From Gracilinanus agilis (taxonomy: Eukaryota), in NCBI RefSeq assembly GCF_016433145.1, contig NC_058134.1, forward strand, positions 286,504,959 to 286,568,958: 64,000 nt of DNA, given 5' to 3'. Below are positions 53,101-64,000 of this stretch, piece by piece. The stretch's first letter is position 1. Every line of letters starts with the position of its first letter. The notes beneath the pieces are model-generated. The model ran no database searches. It was not told where the DNA came from and saw nothing but the letters and a program-made list of their open reading frames with translations. The position numbers and the translations under genes are program-made.

Positions 53101-56100
53101 AGCTTTTGGTTGTCTGTTTGATACCTGGAAATGGTGCTTTATAGATGGCACTTGAGTTGCTGTGGCATTGTGTTAGAGGTTAGGTGGATATCCTCAGCAT
53201 TACCAGCTGGAGTGGTCAATTCAGTCATCCAAGATGGGCCTCTGACACAGGAGGCCACACATTTGTCTCTTGTGACTGCCAGAGGGTTGAGTCGTTGCCA
53301 CATGTCTCTTTTGCTTTGTGGAGCCAGGGGTGGCAAGGTTATGTTGACCCAAATTTTGTCAGCTCTCTTCCAGAGAAGATGTTTGCCTTATGCCATACGA
53401 GATGCCATATTACTCATCTTTGTAGTGAATATGCCTAGAGCTGGGGCAGAATCATCTCTAACAGACTTGATGTCATCCTGTGGGGTAGATAGTCAGCATC
53501 GAAGGAGAAGGCAGCCCTTCTCTTCTTATTTGCTCAGTGGTTTGGGGGTTAGTGTCAGCCCTCACAGTTTGCTCCGAGTCATGTCCCATCCACGCCAAAG
53601 GAGGCATCCTCTGATGGGACTGCTGGCGTTCCAGCTGGAGTCAGCATCTTTTTAGGAACTGCTTGGCCTTTCCTCTCAGGTAGCCTTCATTGTAAAACCA
53701 TGGCTGAATGGTAAGACTATCTGGCAGCTGTAGGCAGTGTCTTTAAGGTTATCTCATGCGTTCTTAACTTGCATCTTTAGAACCCTCTCAGCTTCTTTAC
53801 TGTCCTGCTCTGACAAAGCCCACTCTGCAGTCATCTCTTCTCATTAGGCCAAAATCATAAAGACTTGGGTGCACCATAAACACTTGTGCCAGAGGTGTTA
53901 TCAGGAGTCATTCAAACCTTTTTCTTGGCCCTGAGAAAAAGATGGATTTTGACCACTATGGTTTAGTTTGGCTGCAAATTAAGTGGCAGGACTATTTCCC
54001 TCCAAAATGAAAAGTCCTTCTTAATCCCTTACATTTGTGTCTTCATGGAAATCTCTGGGGAAACACAAGGATCTATAGTCATGCTGGGCAGGTGATGGGT
54101 ATCTCTCGGTCTGGTAATAAAAGGGATTAAGAGAAGGGGGCAGGGGGGAGGCATTTCTTATTTGTCTAGGGGTTTAGGGGAAACAAACTATTTTGCCAAC
54201 CTTGCTGGAGCATTGTCTAGTCTACCCTCCAATGTTAGAGGAAGTTTCATACTGGGTCTGCACCACCATCATATTGACTTTATAAGGACAGATGAGTGGT
54301 GTGGGTTGCTCACTTCTCAGATTACAGGTCTTTCCATTTGTAGCCCTGCCCTAGATTCCTGGTGGTCTGGACTGAAAGCTGCTGGAGTGCATTTGGTATT
54401 TCCCTTTACAGGGAGGGAACCCAAGCTCAGTACTCTCCTCCATTGTTTGTAGAAAAACTTCATGTTTCTGATTTCATGTGTTCCTTAAGGTATTTTGGCC
54501 ATATCTCCTCAGAGCCCAACTCATTGAGGTTTTGAGGTGATGAAAGAGTGCCTTATGGACCAAATGGAGTATTCAAGGGTCAGAGAACTCTGGTTTGAGT
54601 AGCAAAGTAATTGGAATTTACTCACTAACCTTCTGTCAGTTGAGGTTTTTTAATTTTCTCTACTAGTGGTGACGGATTTGCACTGATCCATTCATTCTCT
54701 TGACTAGTCCTTTGTTACCAGTGGTATATATTTGCAAGCTGTTGGCTCTGTGTTGGGGGTTGTCACAGCCTGTAATCTTGGAATAGAGGGACACTGACTA
54801 TCCCAATCAGGAATTCAACCTATGATACTGGCTTTTTCATGAGTGGTGTCTGCTTATCGTTTGTGCTTAAGCTGGTCACAGACCATATCTGTGAATGATT
54901 TATTCTCTTAAAAAATGAAGGTAATTCAAGGCTAGAAAATGTTTTCATTTTGGAAGAGAGGACTTAACAGCTTGTTGGTGAAATGGGAGTCCTTCATCCT
55001 TGTCCCTGACTGAAGGGGTTCCAGTTGAATCCCTTTGACCAAGGGTCATTCAGGGCAGAGTTAGAATAGATATCACTTCTTTGGTAGAATTTCCATACAG
55101 ACAGGGATTTTGTCTTACGCTTTTCTGTGTGTGCCCATCATAGGACCTATCATAGTGCTTCATGTGTGACAGATGCTCAGTAACTGCCAGATTTACCCAA
55201 ACCTCATTGTAGCTAATGTCCTGGTTTGTAAAAAACATTTATTTTATTGAATGGTAGAATGTGTCCCTTTGGTAGATCACACAAGAACAACTTCGATTCC
55301 TTAACAAACCTTTTACCAGAGCTACTCATCACCCTTTTAATAATTCCTTTCCTTGACAAAATTTTTAAGACTGATTAGAAGGCCTGAAAACAAGGAAAGA
55401 GTAGTAAATGGGAACATGGATTATCCACAAGTAAGCTGCTCTGCTCCTTGAATGGGTGAAGATTGCAAAAATATTTCCAGTTTCTTTTCTCTTCAGCTGA
55501 ATTTCTTGGGTTTTAATCTACCTCATTTTATCAAAATAAGTTCTTCAGCTTGTGTCATTGCTGCTCTAAATGTCATCAGTGACTGGTTTCCTAAGGGGTG
55601 GTTTCACCACCTCAAAGTGAACGCACATTCTTTTGCCTTTTTTCTCCCTGTCTTTGTTTTCATGTTGCTTCAGCCCTTCTTCTGGAGCAGTCTTTTCCAT
55701 CTAAGTCTTAGTTTGTGGGAGGCGGCACTCCTAGGGCCTGTTGCCTTTAAGGATAGCAAGGAAAGGCATTTTGAAACAAGGTGTAGAGGAAGGCGAGGGC
55801 AACCACTGGAGAAACCTGTGCTCACAGGCAGCTTACACAGAAAGAGCCATTAATTAAGACATTTCAAAGTCAACTGATTGTGGTCATTAATGTCACAATA
55901 GATCAAAACCTCATTATCGCAGGCTCAGTAAAGAGCCTTCAGTATTAATCGGAAAATCTAATAGGAAACTATTATCGAGAAATTAGACCAAATTGAATCC
56001 GATGAACTTCCCATCTCGTTATGCTCTGTTTTGGGGTGTGACCATCAGTTCTGATGCAAGCCCAAGGAAGTCCAGCTCATGCCGGAGGGGATGTTATCCT

Positions 56101-59015
56101 CCCAAGGGGCTGGAACTAGTCAGACTTTCTCAGCCAAAACCCCAACCCAAAAGTGTTCTTGTCTAGATCTTACAAGGATTTGTTGATTGACCTTCCTGGT
56201 TTTTCCCCACTGTGTACAGACCCCCGCTGGACATTGGGGAATTGAAAGGGGCAGAAAGCTGCGATAGTGTGACTCGCCAGGTTGGAGTTGGCATGTTATT
56301 AACAGCCTTTTTTGAGGCTGGCCTTGGGTGTTCCAAGTTGGAACATTTGTTTCTAAACCAAACCTATGGAAATGATATTTTTACCAGAGATAAGATTTCT
56401 CACTCCACCGTTCAGAGTTGATCTGAAGAACCATGAATAGTTGCTTTTGGCCTTTTGTCTTTATTGCTAAAAGATTACTTGAGAAGGAAAGAATGTCTGC
56501 TTGGGGAAAAATACACTGCCTCATGAACTAGTGAGTTGCCCATCACTGGAGCTATTTGAGTTAAAGCTGATCGACCTCTTGGAATCTAGGATGTTGTAGA
56601 CAGGATTCATGTTTTAGACCAAATGACCCCCTCTAAGAAGTTAGGTCAAAGGGCCCTGGTAAATTTGAAAGCAGCTTACCCCATTATGAGCTTTCTCTAT
56701 ATGCTGTCGCTCTCTGTCACTCTTTAGTTGGTTTGAAAATGCCACCATAACTGGAGAGGAGATGTTACAGAAGGAAGGGTGTCTCTTCTCTCAGGGGTGA
56801 GAATGGGCAGTGCTGGCTGCCATCAACATCCCTGCCCTGCTCAGCTTTGTCCAGAGATCCAGTTCCTTGTGGAGAGCGCCATAGTGCAGTCCAGCTCTCT
56901 GCTGTCCCTCTGGTCACACATGTTTCTGGTCCTGAAGCCCTTCTCTCTAGCATCCCGAAGAAGCAGGGACTTGGTGCTCCTCTTCTCTGCCCTCAATCCT
57001 CGGTGCAGGTTTGTCCTGATCGAAGCCAACCTAATCCTATATAATGTTTGGTGTTAAAAGCAAAATACATTGGAGTTGAGTGGGGTAAGGAAATCGTTTT
57101 CATCTTACCAACAGGTTCTTTAAATAGCAAAAAAAGAAGAAAAAACACCTGCCGAGTCTAGAATATTTGATTTCCTCACAAACATGCACAGCTTTACCAG
57201 AGAGTTCTTATGAGCAGAGACGAATCTGTTGTGCCCCAGAGCTCCTTACCTGTCCGAGGTGCTTGGCAGGTGCTCACTGTCTGTTGTTTGAGAACATCTT
57301 TTGTGCAAAAGGATGTATTCTTGCACACATTTCTGTCATGTAAACCATCGGCGTCCAAGGCCCACTCTAGGAAGTGGAGTGATTGATTGAGGAGGACATG
57401 GCACAGGAGTTGGGTGTGGATGCTGACCCCCCTCAACTGACTCATAGCGGATGACCTTGGGCAAGTCATTTTCTCTCACTGCCTCAGTCCCCCCGTCTGC
57501 TAAATGGGGGCAATAATACTGACCTACCTCACAGGGGTGTGAGGCATTGCCAATTGCTCAAAAAGTACTTTAGGATCTGTAGATGGAAGCTGGGAGCTGA
57601 AGTCTAAGCTTGGCCCAGGCTTTAGTCCTCCCTGAACTGTCTCCAAGAGTGGAATAACTTACTTAACAACCCAGGCCAAGTTCTGTGTATCTCATCCTCC
57701 CCTGCCCCCTGCCCCTCCGGTCGCCCTTCATCAAAGCTGCTAATTCAGATGTTGACAGTGTTTTCATAAATGTTGGAGTCTAATAGCCAAGAAATAATTG
57801 TGGAATTGTAGGGGGATGGAGGCACTCTGTCTTTCCACAGAGAAGGTGGGGGTGTTTCTCTTCTATCTGGATTCTAGCGCCCATGGGCAGAGAGCAGAGA
57901 CCCAGGCTGCCCCAGGAGCAGGAACAGCCCCAATAGTTCTGATTCCATTCTTTCTTGACTCTATCCATACATTTACAATTGATCTGATCTTAGGACCGCA
58001 ATAGCCCTCCCACCATCTCTATGGAATCCGTTCCCAAGCTTCCTCCTGGGATCTTGTGTGCCTCCCCTTATTTCCTGTGTAAGGGAAGAATATGTATATT
58101 GCCACATTGGAAATAACCATTTTTAGAGTATTGTTACATTTAACACTCCCAGACTAGGGTGTTGATGATGCTCCTTGATATTTCATCCAAACCGTTCTAT
58201 TCAGAATCTCTTATTTCTTCCCCTATGTTCACAACCTGGACCTGACATTGTTTTTACTGGTCTGGTTTGGAATGACTTCTCTGGGCCCCACTTTGTTTTC
58301 CTAATCATAGGCTTCATGGCCTCATTTCTTTCTCTGTTTCAGGGGGCTCCAGTCCCTGTCCCCAACAAGATCCTTTTTTCCTTCCCTTATCCTCAGCCCC
58401 GGATCTGTAACCCGTGAAAAAAGCACAAGGTTGTGGCCCCTTGCTGCTGTTACATGTTCCTTTATGGACTTCTCTCCTTGTTCTTCACCCAGCGTCCGAA
58501 ATGCCAAGCACGGCTCTTGGGAAGTCTGGATGATAAGAGAGTGCTCAGTCACCACAGGCCAGGAGTTAGAACTTGGATTCCTGGCCCCAGAACCCCTCTC
58601 AGCCAACCCCACAGACTGGGAGCCAGGCTGGCCCAGAAGGCCAGAGCATCTCACCCTGCTTCAAGGTGGCTTTCTGTACCATCCAAAGCAGAATGGATCA
58701 CGATTTGGAGCCAGATGTCTGGATGGAAAATGGGAGACTGAATTTTCAATGGACTTTGTTTTGTTTTGTGGGGGAGTTTGGGGTGTGCTTCCTTGGTTTG
58801 ATTTTAGCCAAGTCTGGCTGATTTTTTTTTTAAAGGAAAATGATGTATGTTACACCTTTTAAATGTAAATGTTTAAAAAATAGGCATTTATGTGTTTCCA
58901 CAACTGACATCCAATGCAGACCTCATTCTCTCCCCTTCCACCACCTTCCTCCTTTTCTCCCTCTTTTCATACTCTTGTATTGGTTCTAATAAATGGTTGC
59001 TTTTCAAATCTGGAT
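50147..59015 (+). other. CBX5: CBX5 long 3'UTR with proximal AATAAA (51260-51265, 51268-51273) and distal AATAAA (58988-58993)
   Basis: Poly(A) signals read directly. The distal one sits in an AU/U-rich block. Eutherian CBX5 is known to have a multi-kb 3'UTR. Confidence 0.65.
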
Positions 59016-60673
59016 CTTGGGGAATATTTTCTAGAGACTGGGCCAAAATTTAACCGTACCTTGTCATGCTTCCCAGAAAGCAAATTGATTTTCACTGTCT
59101 CTTAGAGTGGCCACCACCTAAGGAATGCAGAACCTTCATGGCCAGTGTCTTCTAAGATGACAGCCCTGTTGGGTGCTGTAGGACAAACGGGTGGACTACA
59201 CAGTCTGCCGCAGAGATGTGTATGAGGACTCAAGACCGATGTGTACTATGGACTTCAGAGGAGAGGCAGAAGTTCTGTTGGGGGAAGAAGGAAGGGTTCA
59301 TGGAGGAGCCAGTATTTAAACTGAGGCTGGGACTTAACCCCCAAAGACTAGAATTTAAATGATTATCCATGCCACAGTTGACAAGGCCACTCTTACTCAG
59401 ACAATACACAATGGGGAATCAAATGCATACTTGGCTGTGGAATACACTACCTTTTTGTGCTAGGTTGGGGAAAGGCCAAAATGACTCTTCCCTGGGCGCC
59501 CATTCGCTGTTGGGGAACATGGCCAAGAACGTCCTTGGGGGGGGATTGAGAAGCCGGCCTACGAGTAAGCATATGCTCCAGATGGTTCAAATGCAGATCA
59601 TTAAGAATGTGCTGCTCTCTGTAGACCTCCTGTATTCTGGCACCTTAAGAGGTGGGCAGGATTCTTGGGAGGGAAGCCGGTGGGCTAGACTTGCGTGTCT
59701 ACATGTCAAGTGATCCCTGTCCACCTGACTCCCCCAAATCTATGGTTATTGCCCTCTTGTCTTGCCTCCTAGTCATAGTGTCTCTCTAGCCTGGGCTCAT
59801 AAAGTCTTATGGAGACATCTGTAGGTTGGCTTGCTTTATGGCCTGAGACCTCATAAACATGGGACCGGAGAGCCATTTGGTCCACTTCAGAGTAAGACCC
59901 TTCCGGACATGATTCCTATCCTGGTTTTTAGCCTGGGAATGCCGTCCTCTTTCTCCTCTGATCTCCCATCTATTTCCCATGGACTCCTTGATGCCCATCT
60001 CTGAAGACAGGACTCCATTAAAGCCCACATTAGCTCCTTAGATCACGTGGGGGGGTTTGTTTTTGTTCTTAAAACTCAACTTGTGACTTTGGATCAATAC
60101 TTGTATCCACTGGAAGGAAGAAGAGTGGTAAAAGCTGAGCAGTTGGGATTAAGTCACACAGCTAGGAAGTGTGTGAGCTTGGTCAGATTTAACCTCCCAG
60201 CTCGCAGACTAGAGCAGATGTTCTTAACCTGAGGTCTCGGTACTTGCTTAACCGATGATGATGATTTCAATAGAATTGCCACCATCTTAGAGCTTACATT
60301 CCTCTCATTTTAAGGATAAGGATTGATAGAGATGATTACATAACTCTAGCCCTTGACCAAAACAGGACTAAAGCTCAGGACTCCTGACCATCCATCTAGT
60401 CTTCACGATTCAAATATTCAGCAAGTATATCATCTCTACCCTGCTCAAAGCATTGTATTGGACACAATACAAAGAAGAAAATATTCAAGGATCTACTTGG
60501 TCTCTTAGAACCTACTGAGGGATTATGGCACCCACACAGGTGTAATATGAGGAAGAATGTGATTACAGCAAAGGAAAGATCAGAAAAAAAATGAGGAAAA
60601 TTTGAGGATCAAATACTTTGAGCTAGAATGTAAGTATACAAAGAACAAAGAGTATTGTGAAATGTGGCTCCAA

Positions 60674-60855
60674 GGGGCAGCAAGGTGGATTGAGAGGGAC
60701 CAGAGGTTCTGGGTTCAAATTTTACCTCAGACATGTCCTAGCTGTGTGACCCTGGGCAAGTCACTTGACCCCCATTGCCTGCCCTTACTACTCTTCTACC
60801 TTGAAACCAATACAAAGTATTGATTCTAAGATGGAAGGTGAGGGTTTAAAAAAAG
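60674..60855 (+). mobile_element. Marsupial SINE copy
   Basis: Family head, core and tail. Confidence 0.85.
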
Positions 60856-62287
60856 AAATATGACTGAAACTAAACCTTAGATGGCCTTCAGGACCAGTCT
60901 AAGGAATTTTCATTTTATCCTAGAGGTAATAAGTAGTCCCGGATGATCTTGAGCAGGGTGGTGATAATCTAATCCATGCATGGGAAAGATAATTTATTCA
61001 GCCAAATAGATACTGGTAGTTTATTATAATGGTCCAGTTGTGAGCCGAGAACAAGTATTGTTGGACTGTTTCCTTCCAATGAGCTACCCAGTAAGTCAAG
61101 AAAGGAGTGTGTAAATAGGGTCCAGGATTTGAGCTAACATCTTAACCCAGATTCCTTTGAGGCTCCCTCCCCCAAACTTAGGACTAGAACCCAAGAATCT
61201 TATCTTACCACACGTAAACCCAGGTTGTCTTGCCTTCCAGCTTCCCTTTAATTCTATCCCAAAGTCCCTCAGTTCCCCAGAGCCAAAAAGAGAGATGGCC
61301 AGCCCAGGGTACATGGCAGTGATGGGGATGGGGGGTGGGGGTGGAAGCCTGTGCTTTGCTGGTGGGGCTCCAGTGGCCAGCCCTAAAATAATAATGCCCT
61401 CAGGAATGGTCAGAAGAGCTGGGGCTGCTTAGACACGTGGTAGTCACAGGTGGTTGTGGATTTGGCAGAGGGTCATAGTTTGGGGGAGATGCTGTAGCTG
61501 GTGAAGCTGTGAGTGTGCCTGGGCATGAGGGCCATCCTGGTCCAAATGTGGCCACTCCAGATGCTGAGAGGGCCAAGGAGGCTTTGAGAGGCCTTTAGCT
61601 CTAAGCTCCCAACTGCTCGGGAGCACCAGACATCTCTTTTCTTTGACTAATCAAAGGCAGAAGGAGGCGGAGGAGCAGTCCCCCTTCTCATCCCATCCTT
61701 CTTGACTCTCAAAGCCTTTCCCCTGCTCTCCCTTTTCTGAAGATGTAGCCTCTTGCTTTCCAGTGGGCATTTCTCTCCTTTCTCTTTGGCTGTGCCTGTT
61801 CTGTTCTTTTTTGTCTCTCTACTTCTGGGTCTCCATTGTTCCTGCCCGGCTCTCTATTTCTCATTTCCTCTGCTCTGGAGCGCCAAATCTCTCCCCTTCG
61901 GTTTGTTCCTCCCATCCTCCCTCCCGCCCCACCCCATTTCACAACCAAGTCTGTCCTCCTGTTTATCCTTCAACCCTCCTAGCCCACTTGATCTTCTTCA
62001 AAACCCTCAGCCCTGGGCCCCTTTAAGAGATTCCCTCCACCCCTTCCCACCCAACTCTGGAAACAGGTGCATCTCTCCCAGCATGGAGATGGCGCTCCCC
62101 CCAACAAGCACATCCTGGGCCGGGAGAGAGGATGGGGTCTCCACAGCCTCATCATTCCTAACTAGACAAAACCCAGATTTGCTTAGGAGCCAGAGAGACT
62201 GGAGGCAGAGCAAAATGGGGGACTTGGGGGCCATTGAAATCGGAGTGTTTTCTCCCCTTTTCCTTTTGTTCCCCTCATCTCCTGGTG

Positions 62288-62289
<2 letters not shown>

Positions 62290-62331
<42 letters not shown>

Positions 62332-62340
62332 GGGGGGGGG
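62290..62340. repeat. (TG)n microsatellite followed by a G run
   Basis: Read directly. Confidence 0.95.
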
Positions 62341-63444
62341 TGCTGAGGTATCAGCCACAGATGATGAAGCCTCTGAAATTGCCCCTCCCTTTGCACCAAA
62401 CCTTGGGTGGAGGAGGGGAGTTGGAGTGAGCCACAGATGGGTTCAGGAGGCCTCCCTTCCCCCCTCTTCCTCAGTCCCCCGCCCAGGGGGCCTGACCTTT
62501 TGTTTTCTGAACAGAACACAGGAGTACTTGGATCTCGGTAGCCTGCCTTCCGGTCCCCCACTCCCAGCTCGCCATCCCCCTTCTTAGCATTCTGAGCATG
62601 TCGGCATACCATGGAGCTGGGGAAAAAAGGCAATGGGGCTCTGGGAATTCTCGGCTTTGTGGAAAGGGCCCGGACCACTTTCCTTTCTTTTGTCCCATGA
62701 CCAAGGGGAACACAGAAAGATGCTCTTTCTCCTCTCAGTGCCTCCCAGGGCTTCCCCTGGTCTCTCTCTCAGATAGAGGACTGGGGGATACCAGGAGATG
62801 GAGGCAGACAGGTAGGTAGGAAGGTAGCTGGGGGCTGGGTAGTTCTGAAGAGAAGCAGAGCCAGTAGGCACAGTAAGGAGAAAGGGACAGAACTGGATAA
62901 GGAGACCCTGGGAAGGGGTGGATACCAGAGCATGAGGCCAGGGTCTGGAGAACATTCCGGGGAGGGGGAGAAGCAATAAGGCTGAGAGGGAAAGGGGCAA
63001 GTACCAAAGATCTGGACAGAGGGAGAAGGGCTGTCTTCTTCCTTCCCAGTCTGGGTCTTCGAAGAGGAGGAAGGACATTGCCTTTGTCCTCCCTTCCCTG
63101 GTAATCCAGCTTCTACCCAGCCCCTCCCTCCTAGAAGCAACTTCAGCTTAGAGCTTGGCACATAGTAGGTGCTTAACTAGTACACACTAGTTAACTTCTG
63201 ACACCTCCCAGAAGACAAACACACCCGCTGCCAGTGTGGCATATTTTTATTTCTCAAATGAATAATTCACCTGTTAGAAATGTTCATCATAACCCTTGAA
63301 GTCATTGATGACATCTGGGGGTGTCATGAAACCCAGGCTTGGGATTCACCGGCCTGTCCATATGTTCCTAATTTCATCAATTCTTCCCCTGCTTTTGCTG
63401 CCCCATTTTCCTGTCAGATGAATTCTCTAAAGCTGCGCACTTAG

Positions 63445-63516
63445 TTCCTTCCTTCCTTCCTTCCTTCCTTCCTTCCTTCCTTCCTTCCTTCCTTCCTTCC
63501 TTCCTTCCTTCCTTCC
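63445..63516. repeat. (TTCC)n tetranucleotide microsatellite
   Basis: Read directly. Confidence 0.95.
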
Positions 63517-63810
63517 TGCCTCTCCTTCCCCAGCCCACAACCCAGAAAGTCACCCAGCCAAGTAGGCAGGAATGACTTTCAGTTTCTCCAGAAGAAAGAG
63601 TTATGGAGGTCCTTCCTGGTTTCTAGAGGGAAGTGAGGGATAGATTCTGGGATAATGAACAGGAAACTGACTCTGACTCCCCATTACTTTCATTTGTGTC
63701 CAACATAGATTAGGCATCTGTGGGGACTTGGGAATCAAGCTTGGAATTAGATTAAGGGAAGGGGTTTTGAACCTGGGGTTCATGAACTTGTTTTTCAAAA
63801 CTATTTGGGT

Positions 63811-64000
63811 GGGCAGCTAGGTGGGTCAGTGGGTAGAAAGCCAGGACTGCTGGGTCCTGTGTTCATATATGGCCTCAGATACTTCCTAGCTATGTGACCC
63901 TGGGCAGGTCACCTAACCCGAATTCTCTTGTGCCTCGTCTACCTTGGAACTGATAGATAGTATTGATTTTAAGACAGAATGTAAAGGTTTGGTTAAAAAA
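63811..64000 (+). mobile_element. Marsupial SINE copy at the window edge
   Basis: Family head, core and tail. Confidence 0.8.

Noticed and set aside
53131-53655. 174-aa ORF in the CBX5 3'UTR
   Set aside because: No recognisable family or splice structure; length is plausible by chance; lies in the UTR.
61753-63161. Cluster of 100-220 aa overlapping ORFs
   Set aside because: Driven by low-complexity CT/GA-rich and (TG)n sequence; no domain.
63173-63194. Perfect 9-bp hairpin TTAACTAGT-ACAC-ACTAGTTAA
   Set aside because: Isolated, AT-rich and abutting an L2-like 3' end; no terminator or miRNA context.

Overview
Eukaryotic (marsupial, opossum-like didelphid) genomic DNA, not prokaryotic. The window holds the conserved HOXC-flanking block NFE2 (+, CDS 5363-10148, 376 aa), HNRNPA1 (-, CDS 20043-16392, 319 aa without exon 7B) and CBX5/HP1-alpha (+, CDS 37006-50146, 191 aa). 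HNRNPA1 and CBX5 share a head-to-head CpG-island promoter. All coding exon boundaries were resolved by hand at GT-AG sites with correct phases. The rest is intron, UTR and intergenic sequence with tRNA-derived marsupial SINEs, Mar1/MIR, L1, L2, a solo LTR and microsatellites. I found no clearly new gene or biological system. The leads most worth checking are: (1) a candidate alternative CBX5 first exon whose ATG opens a 46-aa out-of-frame uORF overlapping the HP1-alpha start; (2) candidate downstream HNRNPA1 3'UTR exons that could give an NMD autoregulatory isoform; (3) three N runs that sit exactly on conserved HNRNPA1 exons (7B and the last exon) and look like length-preserving masking; (4) a four-copy ~27-bp repeat/spacer array just downstream of the CBX5 promoter; (5) changes at regulatory motifs in NF-E2 and HP1-alpha. 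Comparisons with human and mouse are from memory and need checking by alignment.
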